From NCBI GenBank assembly GCA_964423525.1, contig CAYRFU010000001.1, forward strand, positions 278-38,950: a stretch of 38,673 nt of DNA. Reading direction: 5' to 3'. The stretch comes from an uncultured Burkholderiales bacterium (lineage in GTDB: Bacteria; Vulcanimicrobiota; Xenobia; Xenobiales; JADMJV01). The notes below the pieces were generated by a model. The model made no database searches and was not told where the DNA came from. It saw nothing but the letters and a program-made list of their open reading frames with translations. Made by a program: the position numbers and the translations under genes. Shown here one piece after another: positions 17,318 to 26,624 of this stretch (its first letter is position 1; the number at the start of each line of letters is the position of its first letter).

Positions 17318-18315
17318 TACCAGTTCGTGTCCACTTTCACTGGCTGCCCGCTGCGAATCGATGCTTCGACGGCCCGAATGATGCAGAAATTCTCGTAGGC
17401 CTCCTCGAGCGAATTCAAGGGCTGATGCCCGGTGTCGACAGCTTGAACAAAGGAGTGATACTGATGACCCAGATCGATCACCTCTTGCACCACCTCAAGC
17501 TCGAAACTGGAGCCGGCCACCTCCTCTCCCTTTCTCTGGTGGACAGTTGTGCCCACGATGCTCCCTTCGGCCAACCACATCTGAAGAGAAATGTCGCGAG
17601 GCTGGAAGGCGCTAGTCGAGACCAACATCTCACCCAGGCAGCCGTTCTCATACTCCAGCGAACATGAGAAAGTGTCGGCCTTATAGTCATCACCCAACTC
17701 AAAACCTGAGGCCCGAGCAAAGACCGAAGCCACCGGACCGCCGATCCACTGGAGCAAGTCGATACAGTGGATGCCGTTGGCGTGGAGAAAAAAGTAGACG
17801 TCACTCGGATGCTCTCTCCACCACGGTTTCTCCCTTCTCTTGGCCGCCTGGACAGCGTTGTGAAGATAGACGCCTCGTAGGAACCGCAAGTCCCCCAGTC
17901 GGCCCTGATGGACCAACTCTTGGGGCTTGGAGTACTGCTCTCGATAGCGACAGTTCATCCCGACCTGGAGAACTTTCTGAGACCTATCTCGTGCCTCTCT
18001 CAGGAGTTGGAAATCTCGACAGGTCCAGGCCAGAGGTTTTTCGCAGAAAACGTGCTTACCGGCTTCCAGGGCCCTCAGAGTGAACTCGACATGAGTCGGG
18101 TCGGGACTACAGATGAAGACAGCTTCCGTGGTGGGGTCCCGCAAAACCTCATCGAAATCCTGGGTGCGCCGGTTATAGCCAAATTCGGACTGGAAGGCGG
18201 CCGCTCGCTCAGCGCTCCGGCGAGTCGAGCAGACCCACTCCAACTCGGCCAACTGTCGCAACACGGTCGAGTGTTTTCGAGCCATGTAGCCGGTCCCCAC
18301 CAGGGCCAGTTTCAT
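17317..18315 (-). CDS. Gfo/Idh/MocA family oxidoreductase
   Basis: LALVGTGYMA, AGKHVFCEKPLA, GIHCIDL; overlaps both neighbours. Confidence 0.93.
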   Translation of the reverse strand: MKLALVGTGYMARKHSTVLRQLAELEWVCSTRRSAERAAAFQSEFGYNRRTQDFDEVLRDPTTEAVFICSPDPTHVEFTLRALEAGKHVFCEKPLAWTCRDFQLLREARDRSQKVLQVGMNCRYREQYSKPQELVHQGRLGDLRFLRGVYLHNAVQAAKRREKPWWREHPSDVYFFLHANGIHCIDLLQWIGGPVASVFARASGFELGDDYKADTFSCSLEYENGCLGEMLVSTSAFQPRDISLQMWLAEGSIVGTTVHQRKGEEVAGSSFELEVVQEVIDLGHQYHSFVQAVDTGHQPLNSLEEAYENFCIIRAVEASIRSGQPVKVDTNW

Positions 18316-19064
18316 GGGCTTCTCCAGGCCAGCACTCGGGCCACAAGATTAGGAAAAAGCCCGTCCAGGGCCAGGGCCCAAGCGGCCAACTGGCTGGTAT
18401 GCACCTCAGCCTGACCGGTCTCGATCGCTTTGAGAACGCAGCGAGCCACCCATTCCGGCGTTTGAACCAGGCCTTTCGGTTGATAGCCGGCCGCCGAAAA
18501 GAACGGCGTGGCCACCGAAATCGGCAAAACCTCGCTGACGGCCACACCGTCTCTTTGGGCCTCGAGTCTGAGGGCCTGCCCGAAGCTATGCATAGCGCCT
18601 TTGCTAGCGGCGTAAGCCGTCATCTCACTGAGAGCTCGGCGAGCTGAGGCCGAGGAGACGTTGACGATAGCTCCTCGACCACGACTTCTCATAGATTCGA
18701 GGGCCGCTCGACTCAAAGTCACGGCCGCAAAAAAGTTGACCTGAAACAACCTTCGAAACTCGTCGTCGGTCGATTCAAGCAAGCTCTTATGGAGACCGAT
18801 TCCAGCATTGTTGACCAGAATATCAAGCGGCCCTGCCAACCCCTCAGCTCGCTCGACCAGATTCTCCACCTGGTCCTTCTTCAAAAGATCGGCTTCAAGA
18901 GCGGTGGCCGAGTCTCCGATCGCTTTGGCCGCCTCTTTGAGCTCATCGGGGACGTTTGAGACTAAAATCACCCGAGCCCCTCGGCGGGCCAGTAGAGCCG
19001 CCACCTCCAACCCGATACCGGATGAGGCGCCGGTCACCAGCGCGATTTTGTTTTTAACATCCAT
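18312..19064 (-). CDS. Classical short-chain dehydrogenase/reductase
   Basis: TGASSGIG, DILVNNAG, VSS, YAASK; start reassigned to ATG 19064, which follows a GAGGAG RBS. Confidence 0.93.
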   Translation of the reverse strand: MDVKNKIALVTGASSGIGLEVAALLARRGARVILVSNVPDELKEAAKAIGDSATALEADLLKKDQVENLVERAEGLAGPLDILVNNAGIGLHKSLLESTDDEFRRLFQVNFFAAVTLSRAALESMRSRGRGAIVNVSSASARRALSEMTAYAASKGAMHSFGQALRLEAQRDGVAVSEVLPISVATPFFSAAGYQPKGLVQTPEWVARCVLKAIETGQAEVHTSQLAAWALALDGLFPNLVARVLAWRSP

Positions 19065-19164
19065 GGAATACTCCTCAAGATTTAACAACCAGACCAGGTC
19101 CCGATCCTTTCAATGGCAGTTTTCAAGCCGTTTTTCCTATTGAAAAAGTTTACAGCTCGTTCGC

Positions 19165-19193
19165 TTGACTGTTCTGCCACGGATTGTTACACT
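19165..19193 (+). promoter_or_regulatory. Near-consensus sigma70 promoter pointing antisense into yaaT/ricT
   Basis: TTGACT (19165-19170), 17 bp, TACACT (19188-19193), with extended -10 TG at 19185-19186. Confidence 0.55.
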
Positions 19194-19265
19194 CGGCAAC
19201 CATAAGGCCAAAAGGCTTGCTGTGGAAAAGCCTGGGGAAAAGTGCAAAACTTGACTGGGCTTCTT

Positions 19266-20096
19266 TCATTTGGTCTTCTTTTGAGAACAAGACTGGCACA
19301 CTTCGGCTGGCCCTTCCAGGGCTCTGCCGGCTGGAATGTCGAAGATGCCGAGTTCTTCATGTTCGACGGTCAGCGTTCGAGAAAGAAGCTGCACTTCCCG
19401 CACCGTCACCGTGCCCTCCGGGATTTTCAGGGTCGAACCGACGCGAGGCATTTCCGCTCTCAATTTCCGATACGTTTCATACTCATAGCGGAGACAACAC
19501 ATCAGTCGACCACAGGCTCCCGAGATTTTGGCAGGATTCAAAGACAGCCCCTGCTCCTTGGTCATCTTAATAGAAACTGGAGCAAACTCCCGGAGCCAGG
19601 CGGTGCAACAGCACTGACGCCCACAAGGCCCTATGCCACCAGCGATCTTGGCTCGGTCTCGAGCTCCGACCTGATGCAGTTCGATCCGCTTGCGAAAGGT
19701 GGCCACCAGGTCCTTCACCAGCTGACGAAAGTCCACCCGTCCTTCAGCCGCGAAAAAGAAGACGATCCGATTGGCGTCGAGAGTGTAATGAGTCTCGAGT
19801 AACTGCATGGGGAGCTCGTGGTCGCGAATCTTGGCCAGGGCGACTCGATGCGCTTCTTCGGCCTTGAGCCGATTGCGAAAATGAGTCCTCAGGTCTTCGC
19901 GAGTGGCCAATCGTTCGATGATAGGAATCTCCTCTTCGGGAGCCTGGGGCTCAAGCCCGCTGGCGAGACTGACCACTTCCCCCAACTCAAAACCCCGAGC
20001 CGTCTCCACCACTACCTGGTCTCCGGCCTTCAGCTCCAAGCCGGTATTCCGGAAATACTGGCGTTTGCCCGCCTCTTCGAAAGCCACCGCTATCAA
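19266..20096 (-). CDS. ricT: PSP1 domain protein, YaaT/RicT family
   Basis: GRVDFRQLVKDL, RIELHQVGARD, GGIGPCGRQCCC, KISGACGRLMCCLRYE; directly downstream of holB. Confidence 0.93.
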   Translation of the reverse strand: MIAVAFEEAGKRQYFRNTGLELKAGDQVVVETARGFELGEVVSLASGLEPQAPEEEIPIIERLATREDLRTHFRNRLKAEEAHRVALAKIRDHELPMQLLETHYTLDANRIVFFFAAEGRVDFRQLVKDLVATFRKRIELHQVGARDRAKIAGGIGPCGRQCCCTAWLREFAPVSIKMTKEQGLSLNPAKISGACGRLMCCLRYEYETYRKLRAEMPRVGSTLKIPEGTVTVREVQLLSRTLTVEHEELGIFDIPAGRALEGPAEVCQSCSQKKTK

Positions 20097-20097
20097 T

Positions 20098-21105
20098 TCA
20101 ATTTCCTTTCGCCAAACGCATACAAAGTCTTTGCAGCCAAAGCCTGGGAGAGACGTTGAAACTCATTTGCTCTTCCGCTTCAGCTATTCGCTGCAAAGCG
20201 AGGACGGCTCGACCCTGGCCAAGCTTCTCGGTCAACTCAGAGATCTCGGCCTGACGGTGCCCGTTTGCCAGGGCAACAACCGGACCCCCCGCCGCTCTTA
20301 TCATAACATCTCGGTAAAGCGACCGCGTAGTTTCGAGGAGCCGCTCCAAAGCGCCCCGATCCTCTCGGTCCACCCGTAACCCTTCAAGCTCCTGGGAAGT
20401 CTCTAGAGCGGTCCAGAGGTCCCCTCCTGGAAGCTTCAAAAGAAGGTCCAAAGTGGCCTCTCGCTGCTCCCAGAGAAGGGGGGACTGCACATACCTGAGG
20501 GCTGCCCCGACGCGACCCTCAGCCAGACCAGCCACTTGTTGGGCTTGCTCTCTGCCACAGCCTCGTTGAACCAGTAACTGCTCCACCTCCTCGTTGGCGA
20601 GGGGTCGGAACCGAAGGGGCTGACAACGAGAGGTCACTGTGGGCAACAAAATGCCGGGGTTGGAGGTCACCAAAACCGTAATCAAGCTTCTGGGAGGTTC
20701 TTCTAGGGTTTTGAGCAGCGCGTTTTGAGCCTCTTCGGTGAGGCGCTCTGCTTCGGGCACGATCCAGACCCTAAAGCCTCGTTCAAAAGGCGCGTACTGG
20801 GCCCGAGAAATCCCTTCCCGGATCTCCCCCACCCCCAGTGTCTTTTTGTTGTCGACCCGCTCGGAAACTAGAAGATCAGCGTGATTGCCGCTCGCGATCT
20901 TAAGACAAGACGGGCATTGACCACACGGCTCAGCCCCTGCCTGATGACAGTTTAAAAGAGCGGCATACCAGAGGGCGCAAAGGCGCTTACCCAACCCCTG
21001 GGGACCGGTAAACAAAAGGGAAGGATAGGGTCCGCTGCGAGAGCGACTCAACCATTGGCGAGCCTCGGCGTTGCCGGCGATATCGAGATATTCGGGCCGG
21101 GTCAA
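20098..21105 (-). CDS. holB: DNA polymerase III delta' subunit
   Basis: LLFTGPQGLGK, zinc module C..PCGQCPSC, AQNALLKTLEEPP, LPTVTSRC; position after tmk. Confidence 0.93.
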   Translation of the reverse strand: MTRPEYLDIAGNAEARQWLSRSRSGPYPSLLFTGPQGLGKRLCALWYAALLNCHQAGAEPCGQCPSCLKIASGNHADLLVSERVDNKKTLGVGEIREGISRAQYAPFERGFRVWIVPEAERLTEEAQNALLKTLEEPPRSLITVLVTSNPGILLPTVTSRCQPLRFRPLANEEVEQLLVQRGCGREQAQQVAGLAEGRVGAALRYVQSPLLWEQREATLDLLLKLPGGDLWTALETSQELEGLRVDREDRGALERLLETTRSLYRDVMIRAAGGPVVALANGHRQAEISELTEKLGQGRAVLALQRIAEAEEQMSFNVSPRLWLQRLCMRLAKGN

Positions 21106-21791
21106 TCCACCTGGGGGCGCTCAAAACTGAGGCGACCGGGGTCGGGCATCTTCTTCTTGACCTCTCGCAAAGCCAGATGCTGAATCTTGCTGGCGATCAA
21201 ATCTTCTTCGCCGGTAGCGTCAACCACCCGAAACCGAAAGGGCTCCTCTTGGGCGATCTCAAGATAGCCATCGCGGACCCGTTCGTAAAAAGCGAGGTCG
21301 AGCTGTTCGAAACGATCCATCTGGGTGAGGGTGGCCACCGAGCGAGTTCGGACCCGATTGAGCCCTCGAGCCGGTTCGATATCCAGCAGGAAGGTTACGT
21401 CAGGTCTGACCCCCCAGCTGCACATATCGCTCACTTCTCGAATCTGAGTGGGATGGACTCCACGACCGTAGCCTTGGTAAGCCAAAGTCGCGTCGATGAA
21501 CCGATCGCAAATCACGATGCGACCTTCACCCAACTGAGGACGAATGAATTGCTCGACCAACTGACTGCGAGAAGCGGCAAAAAGGAAGACCTCGGTAAGG
21601 GGAGCGATATCGCTGTGCTCAGGGTCGATCAACAGGCTTCGGATAGCCTCGCCGATAGCCGTACCGCCGGGTTCTCGCACCAGCTTGACCGGATACCCTT
21701 CTTGGCTCAAAAACTCAGCCAAACGGGCGGCTTGGGTCGTCTTGCCGGCCCCTTCGAGTCCTTCAAAGGTGATAAATATGCCTTCGGTCAT
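21102..21791 (-). CDS. tmk: Thymidylate (dTMP) kinase
   Basis: FITFEGLEGAGKTTQ, REPGGT, CDRFIDATLAYQGYGRG; start reassigned to ATG 21791 so it does not overlap the upstream gene. Confidence 0.97.
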   Translation of the reverse strand: MTEGIFITFEGLEGAGKTTQAARLAEFLSQEGYPVKLVREPGGTAIGEAIRSLLIDPEHSDIAPLTEVFLFAASRSQLVEQFIRPQLGEGRIVICDRFIDATLAYQGYGRGVHPTQIREVSDMCSWGVRPDVTFLLDIEPARGLNRVRTRSVATLTQMDRFEQLDLAFYERVRDGYLEIAQEEPFRFRVVDATGEEDLIASKIQHLALREVKKKMPDPGRLSFERPQVD

Positions 21792-21801
21792 GGATGGTGC
21801 C

Positions 21802-23382
21802 TTACTTATGGATTCGGACGTAACGATAGGGCTCTGCACCGACACTCTTGGAGTTGAGAGCCTGCTTCTCGGCCAGTTCGTGCTGGAGACGTCGTAGAGC
21901 GGGTTTTTGCGGCGCCAGGTCGATAGACCTTCCTGAGGCCGAGACCTTCTTAATCGCCTCTTCCGCCTCGCGAACGGCCAGCTCTTCCTGGGTCAGGTCG
22001 CCGAGGGCGAAGTATTCTTTGAGAAACTTTTGAATCTGAGCCACGGTATTCGATTTGATGGTATGTACAGGAACGTTGCGGCGGGCCAGTTCGCTAAAAC
22101 GGGAAGCGGCTTTTCGGGCTTGAGCTTTGAGTGTCAACACCATATCAGCCGACTGCTGATTGCGCACAATCTCGGCCGAAACACCCAGAGTCTTGATAGC
22201 CCTCTCCAACCGATTGCGACTAACGGAATACGGGAAAATGCGAACACCTTCTAGTGGTTCGTGACCGGGGGGAGGAGGAGCAAGAGCGTGACGGTCTCCC
22301 TCCTCCTGGCGACGGAGGCCTTTCCCGTAGGCCAAGAACTCTAGATTGGATTGCTGAAGCACCTCAATTCCGTCATCCAGGCGAACCCTCACCTCGGGGG
22401 ATGGGAGTTCATCTCGGAGCATCAAGTCAACCACCGTAGCAACATCTTCGTGAATGGCGAAGGTTCGTTTATCCTGAATCTCGATTAACACGTCGAAAGT
22501 TGGCGGAGCCCGCCTCTCAAGCACGGTTTTCTGGGTGCCCCGCCGTCTCGCTTCTTCATCTCCCAGAGTGACCGACTGAATCCCCCCGACCAGGTCGGAG
22601 AGAGTGGGGTTCATAATCAGATTTTCCAGGGTGTTACCGTGAGCGGTGGCCACCAGCGTCACCCCTCGTTCGGCGATCGTTCGAGCCGCATAGGCCTCGG
22701 CTTCAGTGCCGATCTCGTCGACCACGATCACCTCGGGCATATGGTTTTGAACGGCCTCGATCATCACCTGATGCTGAAGATCGCTCTGAGGAACCTGCAT
22801 GCGCCTCGACATCCCGATGCCGGGGTGAGGAATATCTCCATCTCCGGCGATCTCATTGGAGGTGTCTACGATCACGACGCGACGCTCCAGGTCGTCGGCC
22901 ATAATGCGAGCGATCTCACGCAAGAGGGTGGTTTTGCCCACCCCAGGCCGACCCAACAACAGAATACTCTTGTTCGACTCGACCACATCTCGGATGACTT
23001 GGACGGTTCCGAAAACGGCTCGACCCACTCGACAGGTCAGGCCCACGACGTCGCCCTGGCGGTTGCGGATAGCCGAAATCCGGTGCAGGGTTCTTTCGAT
23101 ACCGGCTCGGTTGTCAAGACCGAAGGAGCCCACTCGTTCCGTCACATGCTGCAGATCCTCGCGGGTGATCTGGCGCTCCGATAGAAACTGGAACCGATCT
23201 AGGAACCGGGCTTCACAACGTCGCCCCAGATCGAGAACCACTTCGATCAAGTTGAGCAGGTCCTCCTCATGCTGGAGTAGCCCGGCTCGAATATAGTTAG
23301 GGAAGATATCGAGGAGCCGATCCAGATTGTCTGTGATCCGCAGTGCCGAATCGATAGCCAGGTCGTTGCCGTTGTCTTCCAA
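21802..23382 (-). CDS. Ycf45/SpoIIIAA-like AAA+ ATPase with C-terminal R3H domain
   Basis: [65 protein letters not shown] (R3H). Confidence 0.92.
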   Translation of the reverse strand: MEDNGNDLAIDSALRITDNLDRLLDIFPNYIRAGLLQHEEDLLNLIEVVLDLGRRCEARFLDRFQFLSERQITREDLQHVTERVGSFGLDNRAGIERTLHRISAIRNRQGDVVGLTCRVGRAVFGTVQVIRDVVESNKSILLLGRPGVGKTTLLREIARIMADDLERRVVIVDTSNEIAGDGDIPHPGIGMSRRMQVPQSDLQHQVMIEAVQNHMPEVIVVDEIGTEAEAYAARTIAERGVTLVATAHGNTLENLIMNPTLSDLVGGIQSVTLGDEEARRRGTQKTVLERRAPPTFDVLIEIQDKRTFAIHEDVATVVDLMLRDELPSPEVRVRLDDGIEVLQQSNLEFLAYGKGLRRQEEGDRHALAPPPPGHEPLEGVRIFPYSVSRNRLERAIKTLGVSAEIVRNQQSADMVLTLKAQARKAASRFSELARRNVPVHTIKSNTVAQIQKFLKEYFALGDLTQEELAVREAEEAIKKVSASGRSIDLAPQKPALRRLQHELAEKQALNSKSVGAEPYRYVRIHK

Positions 23383-23390
23383 GAGTACCT

Positions 23391-24803
23391 CTACTTAACG
23401 ACTCTCAAGGTGGCGAGCGAGGGGTCGTGAGCCCCCTCGACAAGCCTGCCCAGGTCGATCTCTTTCCTAAGATAGACGACCCACTCGGAACTGACAAGTT
23501 GCCCCGGACACAGAGCCGGGATTCCGGGTGGATAAGGGGTCAGCATCTCAGCACAGACCCTCCCCACCGCCTCTTCGGCGGGAACCATCTCCCAATCAGC
23601 CAAAACAGCTTGACGCAAAGACATCACGAACGCCATCGTGGGTGGCAAACTCCTGCAACCGGTATCCCTCTCCTGGCCGATCTCTATTCTTCTGAAGGCT
23701 TGAACCAAAGCGTCGACGTCTTGTTGCTCATGGCCTGGCAACATCATCAACACCACTTGGGAGCAGTCGGACATCTCGACCTGGATCGCTTCCTGACGCC
23801 TCAGGTGTTCCTCCAGCCGATGGCCGCTCCAACCTTGCACACGGATGATGAGTCGAGTTTCATCCCAATGGGCTGCCGGAGGACGGCCGAAGCAAGTCAC
23901 GCCTGGTATCTGCTGGAGCCTTTCTCGGGCCTGCCGAGCCAAAGCCAGACAGTCCCCCCACAAAGCTTCCCCTTCCTCAACGAGCTGACGGCGGGCCGCG
24001 TCAAGAGAGGCCAGAACCAGGGTCGACGGGCTGGTCGACATGAGAGTCCGGAGCCAAAACTCCAGCCGCGCCGGGTCGACCCGGTTGCCCTGACGGTGGA
24101 GCCAGGCGGCCTGACTCAACCCTGACGCCGTCTTGTGAGGACTTTGAACGACCAGGTCACTACCGGCCGCCACAGCTGAGCGCGGCAGCTCAGGATGGAA
24201 AGCGAGATGGGCTCCCCACGCTTCATCGGTCAGCACTACCAAATCTCTTTGGTGGGCCCAATCGATCAAGCCATCAACATCGGCCGCCGCCCCAAAATAG
24301 GTTGGTGTGGAGAGCCAGAGAGCCTTATGACCGCTCTGGTAAACCTCCTCGAGATCGGCAATTCGAGGCGGATGAAAGGCTTCCATGGCCTGGTCGTAGG
24401 GACAAGAATAGACGACCGGTTCAGCTCCACTCAGCATCAAAGCCCCCAGCACCGAACGATGAGCGTTGCGCGGCACCAGAACAGCATCACCCGCCCGCAA
24501 AGCCGTCAGGGCCATCAAGTGGTTCCCCCCCGAAGAGCCGTTCACCATAAAACATGTTTGTTCGACGCCATAGGCCTGGGCGGCAAGACGCTGAGCCTCA
24601 AGGCAGGCCTGACGGGGGTGATGGAAGTCATCGAGCCCCAGAACCTGAGTGGTGTCGCAGGCGAAAACGGTCGAACCGAACAAGCTCTTGAGAGGTCTAG
24701 GTGCGGCCCGCCCCTGACCGTGACCCGGCATATGGAAAGACCGGTTGCCCTGGCCCGCCCACTCGGTTAGAGCCTCCAGATAGGGAGCCCGATGCTGCTC
24801 CAA
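23391..24803 (-). CDS. Orn/Lys/Arg decarboxylase family PLP enzyme (YaaO-like)
   Basis: FHMPGH, VNGSSGG, PRNAHRS, DEAWGAH, QSPHK (PLP lysine), STSPS, PYPPGIP. Confidence 0.92.
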   Translation of the reverse strand: MEQHRAPYLEALTEWAGQGNRSFHMPGHGQGRAAPRPLKSLFGSTVFACDTTQVLGLDDFHHPRQACLEAQRLAAQAYGVEQTCFMVNGSSGGNHLMALTALRAGDAVLVPRNAHRSVLGALMLSGAEPVVYSCPYDQAMEAFHPPRIADLEEVYQSGHKALWLSTPTYFGAAADVDGLIDWAHQRDLVVLTDEAWGAHLAFHPELPRSAVAAGSDLVVQSPHKTASGLSQAAWLHRQGNRVDPARLEFWLRTLMSTSPSTLVLASLDAARRQLVEEGEALWGDCLALARQARERLQQIPGVTCFGRPPAAHWDETRLIIRVQGWSGHRLEEHLRRQEAIQVEMSDCSQVVLMMLPGHEQQDVDALVQAFRRIEIGQERDTGCRSLPPTMAFVMSLRQAVLADWEMVPAEEAVGRVCAEMLTPYPPGIPALCPGQLVSSEWVVYLRKEIDLGRLVEGAHDPSLATLRVVK

Positions 24804-24974
24804 TTAAGTCTCGCTTTGTTGGCGGGCGATTTCAGCCTTCAAGACGTCCCGAATATCGAGCAAGACCTCTAGCACGGCGGCGCGCCACCGGCTGTCGGCG
24901 TGAGGGCTAATTTCCCAACAGCCATCGAGATCTCGTTCGGGGAACTGCTCTAGGATCTCTTTGCGTGTTCTCAA
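24804..24974 (-). CDS. Small hypothetical protein (56 aa) not in the ORF track
   Basis: TTG..TAA frame MRTRKEILEQFPERDLDGCWEISPHADSRWRAAVLEVLLDIRDVLKAEIARQQSET fills the operon gap; its TAA abuts the next TTG start. Confidence 0.7.
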   Translation of the reverse strand: MRTRKEILEQFPERDLDGCWEISPHADSRWRAAVLEVLLDIRDVLKAEIARQQSET

Positions 24975-24990
24975 AGCCTTGGGCCTTTCC

Positions 24991-25758
24991 TCAAATTTCG
25001 CTTTCCCCCTGCAGGACGATTCTATCCCCAGGAACCAACCTTAAAAGGTCCCCAGCATGGCCCTGATTGGAGGAAACCTCGAGCAGGTTGTCAGAGCCCC
25101 AAATGGTCAAGAGTTCCCCTTTTTCCACCTCGCTATAACTGTCGGCCATAGGGATGGTCCGGTCGCCGACCCGGGCTTTCCAGCGACCCGGCCGAGCAAA
25201 GTTCGTGACCAGGTTACCGAAGTGATCAACGGCCAGGACGGTGGCTAGAAAGTCTTGGCCTTCTGGCTCGACGGGGGCGAAGTCCAGTTCCAGCAGTCGC
25301 TCGGTCGGCGGCCCAAAGGCCGAAGGTTTGACGCCGGCGGCAAGATGACCGGCCGCGGGAGCAAAGATGTCTCGCCCGTGAAAAGTCCGACTGACCGAAC
25401 GGAGCCGATAACTGGCCTCTGTCAATTCATAAGCTCGGTAGCGCTTGAGTCGGGAGAGACAGTGAGTCATCAAGCCGTTATCGGGCACTACGAAGTAATG
25501 ACCATCCCCTTCAACCACGACAGCCCGACGCTCCCCTCCCACGCCGGGATCCACCACCGCCAAATGAATGGTACCTCGCGGAAAACAGGAAAAGCCTCGA
25601 GCCAATTGGTAAGCCCCTTCGGCCACATCTTGTCGTCTCACCAGGTGGGTCAGGTCGACTAAACGCGCGCTTGGGCAAAGCCCCAGGATGACGCCTTTCA
25701 TCATGCCCACATAGGGGTCTTTCAGTCCGAAATCGGTTAGCAGCGTGATGACCGGCAT
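24991..25758 (-). CDS. DUF62 SAM hydroxide adenosyltransferase (chlorinase/fluorinase superfamily)
   Basis: ITLLTDFGLKDPYVGMMKGVI, VVDPGVGGERR, SRTFHGRDIFAP, DHFGNLVTN; start ATG 25758. Confidence 0.93.
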   Translation of the reverse strand: MPVITLLTDFGLKDPYVGMMKGVILGLCPSARLVDLTHLVRRQDVAEGAYQLARGFSCFPRGTIHLAVVDPGVGGERRAVVVEGDGHYFVVPDNGLMTHCLSRLKRYRAYELTEASYRLRSVSRTFHGRDIFAPAAGHLAAGVKPSAFGPPTERLLELDFAPVEPEGQDFLATVLAVDHFGNLVTNFARPGRWKARVGDRTIPMADSYSEVEKGELLTIWGSDNLLEVSSNQGHAGDLLRLVPGDRIVLQGESEI

Positions 25759-26579
25759 AAAGCTTTGCAAAAATCGATCTGGTCAGCCCACTCGGGGTAG
25801 TCGATGAGGGGATTGCGATTCCCCTGAATCTCCTCAATAGCCATGTTCCGATGTTTTTCATAGAGCGAGGGCGGAAACCTTCGGTGCCGGTCTAGCAAAG
25901 TCTCAAGCCCTTCCCGGTCATATTCGTCGATGGCCTGGGGATACCGTAGCAGGAAGTAGAGGGTGGCGCGGGCCAACGCTCCCACTCCCAGATTCCCTTG
26001 GGGACTCTTGCGACCAGACTCGCAAGTGAAAAGGTGATGCAGGTCTCCCCTCATCGGCTCTTGCCCGCCATACCAAGACCGAGGCACCACCTGTTCACAG
26101 TTGAGAGCCTCGTAAGCATCCATCGTAGCTAGACTAGCAGCAGCCATTTCCGGACTGGTGAGGAAGTTCACTAGAATCTGGCTCCGAAGGCACCAGTAGT
26201 CTTCTCGAATCGCTTCCTCGGCCTGGATGGTTTGGCCGGAGTAGATGCCTTGAAGCTGACCGTCAGGACGCAAGTCCACCCACGCATAAAGATAGCGAGA
26301 AGGAGAATAGGGCCGCGGCTGGTTGTGGGTCTGGCTCACTTTTTGATGAAGGCTTTCAAAAGTGGGCTCAATCTCGGCGTAATAAGCCTTTCGTCTCTCT
26401 TCATCGACTTCAGCTGGATAGTAAACTCGCTCTCGGGAGCGGGCCAACTCTTCTAGCTGGCCTTGAAGTTCTGGCGGGCCGGGAGGGCCTACAAAGCTAT
26501 CGGGACAGCCGCAAGCGGCAGGCCGAGTAGCCTTCCACGAAACAGGGGGTGGGGCTATCCCCACAGAGCCGATGATCAC
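25737..26579 (-). CDS. Endonuclease I family protein, apparently catalytically degenerate
   Basis: LYAWVDLRPDG..IYSG, NCEQVVPRSW, PMRGDLHHLF, ARATLYFLLRY, YEKHRN.AI..IQGNRNPLID. Confidence 0.8.
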   Translation of the reverse strand: MIIGSVGIAPPPVSWKATRPAACGCPDSFVGPPGPPELQGQLEELARSRERVYYPAEVDEERRKAYYAEIEPTFESLHQKVSQTHNQPRPYSPSRYLYAWVDLRPDGQLQGIYSGQTIQAEEAIREDYWCLRSQILVNFLTSPEMAAASLATMDAYEALNCEQVVPRSWYGGQEPMRGDLHHLFTCESGRKSPQGNLGVGALARATLYFLLRYPQAIDEYDREGLETLLDRHRRFPPSLYEKHRNMAIEEIQGNRNPLIDYPEWADQIDFCKALCRSSRC

Positions 26580-26624
26580 CTCACGAATCTATGCTTCGTC
26601 AGGCGAAGAGTTGTTACCGGTCTG

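Noticed and set aside
19184-19802. Plus-strand ORFs 19184..19570 and 19242..19802 as products of the orphan promoter
   Set aside because: Almost wholly antisense to conserved ricT and with no protein-like motifs
24991-25758. Fluorinase/chlorinase (halogenase)
   Set aside because: Retains the DUF62 hydrolase-type VVDPGVG..RR and TFHGRD motifs and has no biosynthetic cluster context
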